A DNA stretch of 64,000 bases from Acidobacteriota bacterium (GCA_965217775.1 CBDCJH010000002.1:3808001-3872000), one strand, 5' to 3'. Shown: positions 10,047 through 20,654, numbered from the stretch's first letter. The notes: generated from the letters alone by a model not told the origin. Made by a program: numbers and translations.

Positions 10047-11018
10047 ATGCAATACCGTCAGCTTGGAAACAGCGGCCTCAGAATCTCGATCATCGGCCTG
10101 GGCACCAACGTATTCGGTCAGCACGAGACCTTCACCCACTACTGCGACGAAAGAGAGACGGCCGCCATCATCCACCGGGCGGCCGACCTGGGCGTCAACC
10201 ACATCGACACCGCCGACATGTATTCCCGCGGCGTTGCCGAGACCTACATCGGCAAGGCCGTCACCGGACGGCGCGACCGCTTCGTCATTGCCAGCAAGGT
10301 GGGCCTGCCGGTGGGGGACGGCCCCAACGATGCCGGGCTCTCTCGCGGCCACATCATGAGCAGCATCGAAGGCACGCTCCGCCGGCTGGATACGGACTAC
10401 GTCGACCTCTACTACGCGCACCGTCCGGACCCGGAAACGCCGATCGAGGAGACGCTCCGCGCCTTCGACGACCTGGTCCGCCAGGGGAAGGTGCGCTATG
10501 TCGGGTGCTCGAACTACGCGGGCTGGGAAATCGCCACGGCGTGTGCCGTCTCCGAGCGGCGCGGCTACGCGCCGTTCCTGGTCAGCCAGTCCCCCTACAA
10601 CCTCTTCGAACGGTCGCTGGAAGCGGAGGTACTCCCCTCCTGCCGGCACCACGGGCTGAGCATCGCCGCATACTCCCCCCTGGCCCAGGGCGTTCTGACG
10701 GGCAAGTATCGCCGGGGTGCGCCGATCCCGCGCGGCACCCGGGCCTGGAAGAATCCGAGTCCCGTCCTTGCCCGATACATGACCGGCGAGCGTCTGGAGA
10801 CGGTCGAACGGCTCGATGCCTGGACCCGGGATCACGGGCGCCGAATGAGCGAACTGGCGATCGCCTGGCTGCTGGACAAGCCCGACGTCTGTACGGTCCT
10901 GGTCGCGGTCACCAGTAACGAACAACTGGAAGCCAACGTGAAGGCGACCGACTGGACCCTCTCGCCGGAACAGGTGCAGGAAGTGGAAGCCATCGCGGCA
11001 GGGAGCGGCGATTTCTAA
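10047..11018 (+). CDS. Aldo/keto reductase
   Basis: MQYRQLGNSGLRIS.IGLG; DTADMY; SLRRL-like TLRRLDTDYVDLYYAH; GKVRYVGCSNY; YSPLAQGVLTGKY. Confidence 0.93.
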   Translation: MQYRQLGNSGLRISIIGLGTNVFGQHETFTHYCDERETAAIIHRAADLGVNHIDTADMYSRGVAETYIGKAVTGRRDRFVIASKVGLPVGDGPNDAGLSRGHIMSSIEGTLRRLDTDYVDLYYAHRPDPETPIEETLRAFDDLVRQGKVRYVGCSNYAGWEIATACAVSERRGYAPFLVSQSPYNLFERSLEAEVLPSCRHHGLSIAAYSPLAQGVLTGKYRRGAPIPRGTRAWKNPSPVLARYMTGERLETVERLDAWTRDHGRRMSELAIAWLLDKPDVCTVLVAVTSNEQLEANVKATDWTLSPEQVQEVEAIAAGSGDF

Positions 11019-11095
11019 GCGCCGAAAGGAGGGGCGGTTTCCAGCCGCCCTCTTGGGATCAGTGTTGAAATGGGGGACAAGACTGTCCCCACTCC
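11002..11095. repeat. GGAG-type REP-like cluster (two direct copies plus an inverted partner) between convergent genes
   Basis: GGAGCGGCGATTTCTAAGCGCCG, GGAGGGGCGGTTTCCAGCCGCCC and GGGGGACAAGACTGTCCCCACTCC. Confidence 0.65.
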
Positions 11096-11100
11096 CACGG

Positions 11101-11847
11101 CTACCGATCCAGACGGAGCAACCACTTGGCCGCGTTGCGAATGAGCCGCTGCATCATCGGATGACCCAGCGCTTCGGGCGTGTGTCCCGGGGCGAGATAG
11201 CAGAAACGGCCCTTCCCCAGCTCGCGCCACCAGCCTGCCGGGGCAGCCAGGTTGTCGCGGGCAATGGACCGCAGCAGGAGATGTTCGCGGTCGAGATGGT
11301 ATTTTACCGTATGCTGCTCGTCGAAGATCTCAAAATCCTCCACGCCTGAGGTCACGGGGTGGTCCCTGTCTTCGACTCGAACGGTGAAGACATAGGGCTC
11401 GGGATGGCCTCCGTAGTCTCCTCCGAAGAGTTTGTAGTAGAGGCCGTCCGGCGGGTACAGGCCTTGGGAGTTGTGCAGAGCGAGGAAACCGCCGCCGCCG
11501 TTGACAAAATCCCAGATGGCCTGCTGCTGGGCATCCGTCATCCATTTGACGTGCGGTTGGTCGTATCCGCCGGGCCAGTTCATGCCATCGCGCAGGATGA
11601 TGAGCAGATCGTGCTTGGCCAGCGATTCCGCCTTCAGGGCCTCGACGTTCTCGATAAAGGTCACCGGGATGTTTTCCCGAACCAGGGCCTTGATCAGATG
11701 ATCCCGAATGTAGACCGGACTGTGATATCGGTCGCCGATCAGAGCCAGGGCGCGGGGCCGCTCAGCCGTCTGGTAGACCTCGAACGCTTTCTGCGCCGGA
11801 AGTGCCAGGGTCAGGGCGAACAGAGTCAGTAACAATATTGTCTTCAT
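11101..11847 (-). CDS. ThuA-like (class I glutamine amidotransferase-like) domain secreted protein
   Basis: Signal peptide MKTILLLTLFALTLALPAQ; GGGFLALH; FGGDYGGHP; HPVTSGVEDFEIFDE; GKGRFCYLAPGH. Confidence 0.85.
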   Translation of the reverse strand: MKTILLLTLFALTLALPAQKAFEVYQTAERPRALALIGDRYHSPVYIRDHLIKALVRENIPVTFIENVEALKAESLAKHDLLIILRDGMNWPGGYDQPHVKWMTDAQQQAIWDFVNGGGGFLALHNSQGLYPPDGLYYKLFGGDYGGHPEPYVFTVRVEDRDHPVTSGVEDFEIFDEQHTVKYHLDREHLLLRSIARDNLAAPAGWWRELGKGRFCYLAPGHTPEALGHPMMQRLIRNAAKWLLRLDR

Positions 11848-11959
11848 AAGCTCTCCTCCATGCACCAGGTTCCATCTATCCCGGCGCCGTGGGCCAGTGT
11901 AGCCGAGGATTCGACGAAAAGGACGGCGCCACCTGAAACACGAGATGCACCGGCCCGTC

Positions 11960-13501
11960 TCACCTCCGGAATGCGAAGCTGAAGAGGGAGGCGTCCCGGA
12001 TCCGGAAGCGCAGGACGACCGGTTGCCCTGCCCAGCGGGACAGATCCGGACTCCCGGGAAAGGACAGCTCCTGGCGCAGCGAATCGCCGGTGAAGCGGGA
12101 GGAGGGCCGCAATTCCTCGATGGGCTTGCCGGCCACGTCCAGGATCTCTACCGTGATCCAGCCCTGGGGCCCGGTCTGGGCGTTGAGCACCAGGCGGGCA
12201 CCGGAAAAGGTGATGGGCACCGTGGTGAGAACCCCTTCCCGGGCGCCCGCATCCACCGACACGAACCGGTCCAGAGGCCAGATCGCCAGGCCGATGGAGG
12301 CCGTGATCCGGCCCCGGCCGGTGGGCCGGCCGTCCTCGAAGGCGGCCCGATAGAGGGCCGGGGTGCCGTGGGTGTAGTTGGCGCCGTCGTAGTAGACGCG
12401 GACCTCGTCGCCCACCCGCAGGGCCCGGTTGCCGGTGGCCTGGTAGCAGCAGTCCCATTCCCCCATGTCACCCATGGGAATGACCGGCGTGCGAAAGGGC
12501 CTCTCCCAGTGGAAGAGGTCGCGGGAGACGGCCAGTTGGACCTCCTGGGGTCCCTCGTGGTTGCCCCAGCGCGCGTTGTTGTTGATGGTGAAGATCCAGG
12601 GGAACCCGATGGTGCAGCTCTCGGCCGTGTAGACGCCGATGCCGTAGTACTCCGTTCGCATGAGCCGCGGGTCGTCGGGCCGGTCCAGGACGGACCGGAC
12701 GTGCTCGAGCCGGGCCAGGGATCCGGCGTCGTCCCGGGCGTCGGTGGTCCAGGTGAGGACCGGCTCCGTCCAGTCGACGAAGTCGCGGCTGGTGATGGTG
12801 TAGAAGAGGCGCCGCTTGTGACCCAGCCAGTAGGTGCGGGACCGGTTTCCCACCTTGGGGAACATGACGAAGAGGCCCCGGCGCTCATCCCGGAATCCGG
12901 TGGTGGCGTCGGCGAGATCGGGCCAGACCGAACCCTGGCTGTAGGGACGCCAGTGGAGTCCGTCCGGGGAGACGTAGGTCTTCCCGTTGGAGCCCATCAG
13001 CTTGTAGCGGCGGTTGGGATCGGGGTCCCGGGAATCCTTGACCACGTTGCCCAGGGTGGTTCCGGTGAGAACGGCGTTGTGGGGCTGGCCGTTGTTGGAG
13101 GGCAATGTTCCCACCAGAGGCTTCTCCCATCGGACCCCGTCCCGGCTGGTGGCATAGCAGATGAAGTAGCGGGAGTCGAAGTAGTCCCGGGAGTCTCCCG
13201 CGTCTCCCAGGTACCACATCTTGAAGATCCCCTCTTCCTGGTCGTAGATGACGGTTCCGTGCATCTCCAGGCGCCATCCCTCCCAGGGCCGGTCGGCTTG
13301 AATGAGGGGGTTCTCGGGGTGGGGACGGCCCGAATGCTGGGTGAAAAAGACCCGGTCCGCATTGTGGACCAGGATCCGGTCCACGAAGAGCTGCGCGCGG
13401 TCGCCGACGTCGAAGGGGGATTCGGCGGCCAGCCCGGTAGCAATCAAGAGGAGGAGGACAACAACCAGACCGGAGAACCGTCGGCGACCGAGACCAATCA
13501 T
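11960..13501 (-). CDS. Secreted GH32/GH43-like beta-propeller hypothetical protein
   Basis: Signal peptide; AQLFVD; PLIQADRPWEG; FKMWY; CYATSRDGVRWEKP; SPDGLHW BNR-like motifs; RFVSVDAG C-terminal domain. Confidence 0.6.
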   Translation of the reverse strand: MIGLGRRRFSGLVVVLLLLIATGLAAESPFDVGDRAQLFVDRILVHNADRVFFTQHSGRPHPENPLIQADRPWEGWRLEMHGTVIYDQEEGIFKMWYLGDAGDSRDYFDSRYFICYATSRDGVRWEKPLVGTLPSNNGQPHNAVLTGTTLGNVVKDSRDPDPNRRYKLMGSNGKTYVSPDGLHWRPYSQGSVWPDLADATTGFRDERRGLFVMFPKVGNRSRTYWLGHKRRLFYTITSRDFVDWTEPVLTWTTDARDDAGSLARLEHVRSVLDRPDDPRLMRTEYYGIGVYTAESCTIGFPWIFTINNNARWGNHEGPQEVQLAVSRDLFHWERPFRTPVIPMGDMGEWDCCYQATGNRALRVGDEVRVYYDGANYTHGTPALYRAAFEDGRPTGRGRITASIGLAIWPLDRFVSVDAGAREGVLTTVPITFSGARLVLNAQTGPQGWITVEILDVAGKPIEELRPSSRFTGDSLRQELSFPGSPDLSRWAGQPVVLRFRIRDASLFSFAFRR

Positions 13502-13532
13502 CGCCACCTCCATCGGATGGGTGCTCAGGACG

Positions 13533-14531
13533 TCAGGCGGTAACTGCCGGCTCGTCCGCTCGGATGTGCTCCCAGTTGAACTCGGTCTCGCTCATGGGGG
13601 AGTCGGGGAAGGGCTGCCAGACCTGTGCCCGCTCCTTCTTGCCCAGGGCCCGGGCCATCTCCGCCATGTGGCTGCCGATGCATCCGCAGCATCCACCGAT
13701 GAAGCTGACTCCCAGGTCGCGGGCCTTGGGGGCGAACTCTCCCATCTGATAGCGGGTCAGCAAAGTCTTCTCGAGCCGGTCGGGAAAGGCCGGATTGGCG
13801 GTGAACCAGGGGATCTGGTCGGTGCAGGCGAAGGCCACGGGCTGCGCCGCCAGGTAGACGTCGGTGGCCTCCCGCATCTCGTCGATGATGGGATAGGTTC
13901 GCTTGGGGTCGCGCATGCAGTTGGTCCCCACGATGTCCGCCCCCTCAGCCGTGAGGATGCGGGCGCACTCGGAGGGGGAGTAGCCGTCCACCGTCTTCTC
14001 GCCGCCCCGGAAGGAGACGGTGATCATGGCCGGAACCGTGCTGTGCTGCTTGATGGTCTCCAGACAGAGCCGGGCCTCTCCCAGATACCAGAAGGTCTCT
14101 CCGATGATGAAGTCGACTCCCTCCTGGGCCTCGATCTGCTCCTGGAACATGGCCGCCACCAGGTCCCTGGAACTGGGGCTGTCCGCCTCCCATTTCCAGG
14201 TCGCGCAGAGGTCCCCCGCCACCAGGGCCTCGTCTCCCGCCACCTCCCGGCAGATCTGGGCGGCCTTCCGGTTGATCTCGATGGTCTGGTGGTCCCGGCC
14301 CACCGTGGCCAGCTTCTCGCGGCTCCCGTAGAAGGCCATGACCTGCAGCACCTCGGCGCCGGCGTTGAGAAACTCGACGTGGAGCTGCCGGATGGCATCA
14401 GGGTGATCCAGGACGAAGTGGGGCGTGAATGCGCCCGCCGTTCCGTATCCCCGGCGTTCCAGTTCGACGATGTAGCCGCCGTCACAGAGGACGGGTCCCG
14501 AGGCCAGCCTTTCCAGGATGTTTCGATTCAT
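13533..14531 (-). CDS. Homocysteine S-methyltransferase family protein, betaine-homocysteine methyltransferase-like
   Basis: DGGYIVELERRGY..AGAFTP...HPDAIRQLHVEFLNAGAEV resembles the BHMT N-terminus; Zn-ligand motifs GTNC and IGGCCG. Confidence 0.85.
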   Translation of the reverse strand: MNRNILERLASGPVLCDGGYIVELERRGYGTAGAFTPHFVLDHPDAIRQLHVEFLNAGAEVLQVMAFYGSREKLATVGRDHQTIEINRKAAQICREVAGDEALVAGDLCATWKWEADSPSSRDLVAAMFQEQIEAQEGVDFIIGETFWYLGEARLCLETIKQHSTVPAMITVSFRGGEKTVDGYSPSECARILTAEGADIVGTNCMRDPKRTYPIIDEMREATDVYLAAQPVAFACTDQIPWFTANPAFPDRLEKTLLTRYQMGEFAPKARDLGVSFIGGCCGCIGSHMAEMARALGKKERAQVWQPFPDSPMSETEFNWEHIRADEPAVTA

Positions 14532-14689
14532 GACAAGACTCCCTTTCTGTTTCCGTTTCCAATGCGGGCGGGCGCTCGAAAGATTTCTACAAAAAGCGAA
14601 TACGCGACTGAGGAAAACACTTGCTCCATAATACACTCAAGGAACCGGTGAGATACTCGGGCAAGCCCCTGATAGAGGTCTCGACTGAG

Positions 14690-16039
14690 ATGAATGGCAC
14701 AAGACTGTCGAGGCGGGACGTGCTGAGTCGGATGGGCGCCGTCGCGGGCCTGGCTTGGAGTTGGAATCCCGAGCGCCTCGCGGTGGCGGGAAATCCCGCC
14801 GGGTCCTTCCTTCTCTCCCGCCAGGGATGCGGCCGGGCCACGGGGTACTCCGAATCCAACAAGATCGTCACTTGGCGCCGCCGGACCCACATCGCCTGGT
14901 TGGATTCACCCCCGGAGGGTTTCCGGGTCCGGGTTCGAAGCTACGATCGAGGCACCGGGAAGTGGTCTCCCACCGTCACCGCCGGTCACGCCCATGACAA
15001 TCACGGAGGGCCCGCGCTCACCGTCGACAGCGAAGGCCATCTCCACATCGTCTACTATCCCCACCACCACGCCATGTGCTACCGCCGGTCGCGCCGGCCC
15101 GGGGACTCCTCCGAGTGGGAGGAGGAGGTCCGATTCGGCGAGCGCCTGACCTATCCGACGCTGGTCTGCGGGCCCGACGACACGTTGTTCCTCAGCGCCC
15201 GGCGCAGCTACCCGGATCGTCCCTGGGAGGTGGAGCTGTGGGAGCGGGCGCCACGCCGGCAGTGGCGGCGGCGCCGCGCCCTCCTGAAGTCACGCCACCC
15301 CGGCTACTCCCATTTTCAGGAGTCTCTCGCCTGGGGGCCCGATCACCGGACGCTCCATCTCTTCTGCCGGTTTCACGAACGGTCCGACAGCCAGGCATAC
15401 GGCCGCCTGCAGACGGTCGCCTACCTCGTGAGTCCCGACGCGGGCCGGACCTGGACCCGCAGTGACGGAACTCAGGTCTCCCTCCCGGCGACGCCCGACT
15501 CCGCCGAGGTCCTGGCCCGGGGGGGAGTGGACCAGAGCAGACTTCTCCGGGCAGGAGCCCTGTCCGTGGATGCCGGCGGCCGGCCTCACGCCGTCTACAG
15601 TGATGAAGAGGGAGGCCGCTCCCGGCTGATCCTGGCGCGCCCCAACGGCGACGGAAGCTGGGACCGAACGGATCTGAGCCGGTTCCTGCCCGTGCAGTGG
15701 AAGGGTCGGCTCCTGCTGGCGCCGGCCGGCGTCACCTTTACCTCAAGCGGCGAGATGGTCATCGCGGCACAGATCGAGCCACCCGTGGACGGCGCCTCCA
15801 CTTGGGGCGGTCCCGGCAACGAAGTCGTGGCCTTCCGGTCTCCGGACAGCGGACGGAGTTTCACCGTTTCCCTGGTCAGCCGGCCGGATGGGAACCGGGC
15901 GCACTGGCTGCCCAACATCGAGCGAGCCACCGGCCACAATCGGGTTCCGGGGAAGCCGGGCGTTCTCTACACCGGAGGGGGTCCGGGCAAGACGAACAAG
16001 GACCTGCTGTCCAATCAGGTCCTCTTCTCCCAGGGGTGA
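14690..16039 (+). CDS. Tat-exported BNR-4 repeat / sialidase-like beta-propeller protein
   Basis: SRRDVL Tat motif; HDNHGGPALTVDSEGHLHI; TYPTL; SPDAGRTW and SPDSGRSF Asp-boxes. Confidence 0.75.
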   Translation: MNGTRLSRRDVLSRMGAVAGLAWSWNPERLAVAGNPAGSFLLSRQGCGRATGYSESNKIVTWRRRTHIAWLDSPPEGFRVRVRSYDRGTGKWSPTVTAGHAHDNHGGPALTVDSEGHLHIVYYPHHHAMCYRRSRRPGDSSEWEEEVRFGERLTYPTLVCGPDDTLFLSARRSYPDRPWEVELWERAPRRQWRRRRALLKSRHPGYSHFQESLAWGPDHRTLHLFCRFHERSDSQAYGRLQTVAYLVSPDAGRTWTRSDGTQVSLPATPDSAEVLARGGVDQSRLLRAGALSVDAGGRPHAVYSDEEGGRSRLILARPNGDGSWDRTDLSRFLPVQWKGRLLLAPAGVTFTSSGEMVIAAQIEPPVDGASTWGGPGNEVVAFRSPDSGRSFTVSLVSRPDGNRAHWLPNIERATGHNRVPGKPGVLYTGGGPGKTNKDLLSNQVLFSQG

Positions 16040-16045
16040 CGCCTC

Positions 16046-16879
16046 ATGCTCGTCATCGACTGCCACGCCCACATCTACTCGCCGGACGAAGGGCGCTACC
16101 CACCCGTGGCTCAGCCCCTACGGGTTCCGGGAGGCGGCGGGTCCATCCAGGATCTGCGGGCAATGATGAACGCCAACGGCGTCGCGGCGGTCCGGGCCGT
16201 CCAGACCGTCTCCTTCTACGGATACGACAACCGCTATCTGGCCGACGTCTGCAGCGCGAATCCCGGGTGGGTCAGCGGAATGTGCACGTTGGATCCCGAC
16301 GATCCCCGAAGTCCCATGATGCTCTGGGACCTGGTGCAGAAACATGGGATCAAGACGCTGCGGAGCATTCCCGCGGAATCCCGGACCCGGTTCGATCATC
16401 CTGCGGTTCGCCGGCTCTGGCAGACCGCCCACGAGTTGGGGATCACCGTCGACATCTTCCTCATGCAGATGGAATGGGTGGAGGGGGCCGAGAGGCTGCT
16501 TCGGGAGTTTTCCCACCTCACCGTGGCCTTCTGCCACTGTCTGGACCTGAAGCCGGGCGAAGAGTACCGGGAGAAGCTGAAGGCGGTCCTGCGGCTGGCC
16601 CGGTTTCCCAATCTGATCGCCAAGGTGGACTTCATCAGTACCGGGACCGAAAAGGGTTTCCCGGGAGACGATCTCCACGAGGCGGCTCTCAGGATCATCG
16701 ACGCCTATGGGGCCGATCGCTGCGTCTGGGGAAGCAACTACCCGAACCGGCTCTGGACGCCCAAGATGAGCTACGCGGAGCATCTCCGGATTTTTCGAGA
16801 GGTCCTGCCGCTGAAGGAAGAGGATCGCCGGCAGATCCTGGGGGAAACGGCGCGCCGGCTCTGGTTTCCGGAGCTGTAG
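16046..16879 (+). CDS. Amidohydrolase_2 family protein (lactonase-like)
   Basis: IDCHAH; YGYDNRY; YGADRCVWGSNYP; ILGETARRLW. Confidence 0.85.
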   Translation: MLVIDCHAHIYSPDEGRYPPVAQPLRVPGGGGSIQDLRAMMNANGVAAVRAVQTVSFYGYDNRYLADVCSANPGWVSGMCTLDPDDPRSPMMLWDLVQKHGIKTLRSIPAESRTRFDHPAVRRLWQTAHELGITVDIFLMQMEWVEGAERLLREFSHLTVAFCHCLDLKPGEEYREKLKAVLRLARFPNLIAKVDFISTGTEKGFPGDDLHEAALRIIDAYGADRCVWGSNYPNRLWTPKMSYAEHLRIFREVLPLKEEDRRQILGETARRLWFPEL

Positions 16880-16951
16880 CGGGCGGTCGGCCCGGGTCCG
16901 GGTATTCGTTCCTTTACCTCGAATTCTTGTGCAAATCGAAGAAGAATATCG

Positions 16952-16977
16952 GTAGGGGCGCCCCTTGTGGGCGCCCT
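16952..16977 (+). repeat. GTAG-type REP palindrome (intact copy)
   Basis: GTAGGGGCGCCCCTTGTGGGCGCCCT: GTAG tetranucleotide followed by a GC stem with a CCTTGTG core. Confidence 0.75.
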
Positions 16978-17018
16978 CTTCGGTCCAGAGCGGAGCAAGA
17001 CAGGGTCAGACGAAGAGG

Positions 17019-17042
17019 CGGCGGCAAGAAAGCCGCCGCTCC
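17019..17042 (-). repeat. GGAG-type REP-like element just after the soxG stop
   Basis: Reverse complement is GGAGCGGCGGCTTTCTTGCCGCCG. Confidence 0.65.
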
Positions 17043-17044
17043 TG

Positions 17045-17656
17045 CTACGCGACGACCTGCAGACCGTATTCCGCTGCCGAGTGCTGGAGCCATAGGCCAA
17101 GATAGTCGGCGAAGCTGCGTCGAACGATCACGTCGAATGACTGGGCGTCGGAGGGGTCTCCCCTGGGAATCAACAGGACTCCGGCCTTGCCCAGATTGGT
17201 CTGGGCACATTGGCCTGGAGAGAAGCTCCTGGGATGCAGGTCCAGAGTGCAGCCCTTGGCCAGGAGTTCCCGCCTCCGGGCTCCCGCGACGTTCACCAGG
17301 GTGTAGCCACCCGTGGTGTCGACGGCGGAGGCGTGGCGCTCTCCCAAAGCCTCCCACAGGGCGGCCACGGCACGAGTCTGGGCACCGGGCGGGAGAATGA
17401 GCAGCCACTCGTCGGGGCCCATCCAGCAGACGGTGACGTCCCCGCCTTCGGCGATGGTGTTGGGATCGACCGGGAGGCCCACGCCCAGAACTCCCTTTAC
17501 CGCGGCCAAAAACGTGGTGTCGTCCGCATCGCCGCGCAGATTTACGTAGCCCAGGAAGGGCCGTTCAGTGAGTCTGACGCCGGGACTGCCGGTGTCCCCC
17601 ACGGCTGTGCTCGACAGGACTCCGACCATCGGGGACTCTTGCCTGAGGTCAGACAT
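17045..17656 (-). CDS. soxG: Sarcosine oxidase subunit gamma
   Basis: VNLRGD; WMGPDEWL; LLAKGCTLDLHPRSF.PGQCAQT; VRRSFADYL..WL; position in the operon. Confidence 0.93.
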   Translation of the reverse strand: MSDLRQESPMVGVLSSTAVGDTGSPGVRLTERPFLGYVNLRGDADDTTFLAAVKGVLGVGLPVDPNTIAEGGDVTVCWMGPDEWLLILPPGAQTRAVAALWEALGERHASAVDTTGGYTLVNVAGARRRELLAKGCTLDLHPRSFSPGQCAQTNLGKAGVLLIPRGDPSDAQSFDVIVRRSFADYLGLWLQHSAAEYGLQVVA

Positions 17657-20654
17657 TCTGCCTCTCTCCCTCCGGGTCGTAGAAAACCGGATCGGCGATC
17701 CTGGCGGCGATGGTCCGGCCGTCGAAGTTCCGGACGTGGACGGTCTCGCCCATGCGCCCGTGTCCCCCCTTGACCAGTCCCAGAGCGATGGAGCGCTCCA
17801 GGGCGGCGCTGTAGTAGGACGACGTCACGTGGCCCAGCATGGGCAGGGGCAGGGGCGCCGCAGGATCGTCCACGATCTGTCCTCCCTCGGGCAGGACGTC
17901 CTTCGGGTCTTCGGTCAGTAGCCCGACGAACTGTTTGCGGTCTTTCCGGACCAGGTAGGAGCGGAAGAGGGACCGCTTCCCCAGGAAGTCCTTGTTCTTG
18001 CCCAGCATCCGTTCCATGCCCAGATCGACGGGCGTCACCGAGCCGTCCGTATCCTGACCCGCGATGATGTAACCCTTCTCGGCCCGGAGGACGTGCATCG
18101 CCTCGGTGCCGAAGGGAGTGATTCCGTACTCCTCTCCCGCGTCCATGACCGCTTCCCAGACGTGGCGGCCGAGATTGGCGTTGACGTTGACCTCGTAGGT
18201 CAGCTCCCCGGTGAAGCTGATGCGGAAGATCCGTGCCGGCACGCCGGCGACCGTGCCTCCCCGGACGGCCATGAAGGGGAAGGATTCCCGGCTGAGGTCC
18301 ACGTCGGAACAGAGCTCCCGGATGATGCGGCGGCTGTCGGGTCCGCAGACGGAAACCGTCGCCCAGTGGTCGGTCACCGACGTCATGTAGACCCTCAACT
18401 CGGGCCATTCGGTCTGGAGCCAGAGCTCCAGCCAGGACATGACGTGGGCGGCGCCGCCCGTGGTGGTGTGCATCAGGTAGTGGTTTTCGCCGAGACGGGC
18501 GGTCACCCCGTCGTCCAGGAGCATGCCGTTTTCATCCAGCATGAGACCGTAGCGGCAGCGGCCCACGGGGACCTTCAGGAAGGGGTTGGTGTAGACCCGG
18601 TTCAGAAAGACGTTGGCATCGGGTCCCTGGATGTCGATCTTCCCCAGTGTCGAGGCGTCCAGGACTCCGGCGCTGCGGCGCACCGCCAGACACTCCCGGT
18701 CGACCGCCTCGTGCAGCGACTCGCCCGGCTTGGGGAAGTACCAGGGCCGCTTCCATTGGCCCACGGTCTCGAAGAGAGCCCCGTGGCCGACGTGCCACTC
18801 GTGGATGGCCGTCTTGCGAACGGGGTCGAACAGGTCCCGTTGCTCCCCTCCCGAGAGGGCCGCGAAGGTGACGGGAGTGTACATGGGCCGAAAGGTGGTG
18901 GTGCCGATGGAGCCGGGGTCGGTGCCGTGATGGCCGGCCAGAATGGCGATGCCGTTGACGTTCCCCAGCCTGCCCTGGTCGGGACCCATGCCCAGGTTGG
19001 TGTACCGCTTGACGTACTCGATGGAATCGTAACCTTCCCGTGCAGCGGTCAGGATGTCCGCGGAGGAGACGTCCATCAGGGGGTCCACGAACTGCTTGGG
19101 GGCCCGCGGAACTGGTTTCACGGCCGGGACGATCCAGAGCGGCCGGATCGGGTCTCCCTCCTTGGCCTCCACCCGTGGGATCGGCCGCGAGACCACGCCG
19201 CCGCCGTGGCCTGCGGCGTGAGCCGCTTCGGCACCTGCCCGGAATCCCTCGGTGACGCAGGCTCCCAGCTCGAAACTCCCCCGGCAGGCACCCGCCGGCC
19301 GCTCCGCCTGGACCGGGGGGCCCGGAACGAAGCAGGCCGTCCGGGCATCGTAGACCGGTCGGGCGCCGGACTGGGCGTGGAGCTGGACATTGGGGTTCCA
19401 CCCGCCGGAGACGGCCAACAGGTCGCATTCCAGGCGACGGCCCCGCCCCGAAACGGACCCGCCGTCTTCGCTCAGGGCCATGACCCGGACCCCCCGAATC
19501 CTCTTCGTCCCCCGGACGTCGACGACGGCGTGCCCATGGATGACCTCAAGGCCCCGTTCCCGTGCCGCGGAGCTGCGCCGGCCGGCCGACCGTGCATCCA
19601 CGACGGCTTCCACCGTCGCTCCGGCATCCAGCAGGTCGAAAGCCGTCCGGTAGGCGCTGTCGTTGTTGGTGAAGACCACGGCCCGGGATCCGGGAAGGAC
19701 CCCGTACCGGTGGATGTATTCCGAGACCCCGGAGGCCAGCATGACGCCCGGCCGGTCGTTGTTGCAGAAGACCAGGGGGCGCTCGATGGCGCCGGTGGCC
19801 AGCACCACCTGCCTGGCGCGGATCCGCCAGAGCCGCTGACGCGGCCCGCAGTCCTGACCCGGAGAAAGGTGGTCCGTCCGGCGCTCCAGGGCCAGCAGGA
19901 AGTTGTGCTCGTAGTAGCCCGCCGCGGTGGTCCGGATCAGCACCTGGACCTCCGGCAGGGAAGCCAACTCCTCGACTCGAAGTCCGGCCCACTGCCAGGC
20001 GGGAGCTTGTTCGATCCGGTCGCCGCTCCCGAGGAGCGTACCTCCCGGCTCCGTTCGTTCGTCCATGAGGATCACGCGGGCTCCGGTGCGTCCCGCTTCC
20101 AGGGCGGCGGCCAACCCGGCGGGGCCGGCTCCCACCACCAGCACGTCGCAGTGGGCGTTCATGTGGTCGTAGTCGTCGGGATCGGCGTCCGCGGGGACCA
20201 CGCCGAATCCGGCGGCCTTGCGGATCTGATGCTCGTACTGCCGCCAGGAACCCGCCGGCCACATGAAGGTCTTGTAGTAGAAGCCGGGCGGCATAAAGCG
20301 GGCGAACCAACCGTGGACGGCCCGCAGGTCGAACTCGACGCTGGGAAAGACGTTGACGCTCCGGGCCGTCAGACCGTCGTAGAGCTCAACCTGGGTGGCC
20401 ACCATGTTGGGCAGGGAGCGGGCGCCCTCTCCCACTTGGACCAGCGCGTTGGACTCCTCCACGCCTGCAGCGACGATGCCCCGCGGACGGTGATACTTCA
20501 GGCTCCGCGCCACCAGGTGGACGCCGTTGGCCAACAGTCCGGAGGCCAGCGTGTCTCCCCGGAACGCGGGGTAATCGCGGCCGTTGAAGGTGAACGTCAG
20601 CGGTTGGTTCCGGTCGATCCGGCCAGCGGCGGCGAGACGATGGGACCGGGTCAT
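17649..20654 (-). CDS. soxA: Sarcosine oxidase subunit alpha
   Basis: GDTLASGLLANGV..VARSLKYHRPRG; GAGPAG; KRYTNLGMGPDQG; DASTLGKI; LRAEKGY; FYDPEGERQNV. Start placed at ATG 20654, overlapping the soxD stop. Confidence 0.95.
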   Translation of the reverse strand: MTRSHRLAAAGRIDRNQPLTFTFNGRDYPAFRGDTLASGLLANGVHLVARSLKYHRPRGIVAAGVEESNALVQVGEGARSLPNMVATQVELYDGLTARSVNVFPSVEFDLRAVHGWFARFMPPGFYYKTFMWPAGSWRQYEHQIRKAAGFGVVPADADPDDYDHMNAHCDVLVVGAGPAGLAAALEAGRTGARVILMDERTEPGGTLLGSGDRIEQAPAWQWAGLRVEELASLPEVQVLIRTTAAGYYEHNFLLALERRTDHLSPGQDCGPRQRLWRIRARQVVLATGAIERPLVFCNNDRPGVMLASGVSEYIHRYGVLPGSRAVVFTNNDSAYRTAFDLLDAGATVEAVVDARSAGRRSSAARERGLEVIHGHAVVDVRGTKRIRGVRVMALSEDGGSVSGRGRRLECDLLAVSGGWNPNVQLHAQSGARPVYDARTACFVPGPPVQAERPAGACRGSFELGACVTEGFRAGAEAAHAAGHGGGVVSRPIPRVEAKEGDPIRPLWIVPAVKPVPRAPKQFVDPLMDVSSADILTAAREGYDSIEYVKRYTNLGMGPDQGRLGNVNGIAILAGHHGTDPGSIGTTTFRPMYTPVTFAALSGGEQRDLFDPVRKTAIHEWHVGHGALFETVGQWKRPWYFPKPGESLHEAVDRECLAVRRSAGVLDASTLGKIDIQGPDANVFLNRVYTNPFLKVPVGRCRYGLMLDENGMLLDDGVTARLGENHYLMHTTTGGAAHVMSWLELWLQTEWPELRVYMTSVTDHWATVSVCGPDSRRIIRELCSDVDLSRESFPFMAVRGGTVAGVPARIFRISFTGELTYEVNVNANLGRHVWEAVMDAGEEYGITPFGTEAMHVLRAEKGYIIAGQDTDGSVTPVDLGMERMLGKNKDFLGKRSLFRSYLVRKDRKQFVGLLTEDPKDVLPEGGQIVDDPAAPLPLPMLGHVTSSYYSAALERSIALGLVKGGHGRMGETVHVRNFDGRTIAARIADPVFYDPEGERQNV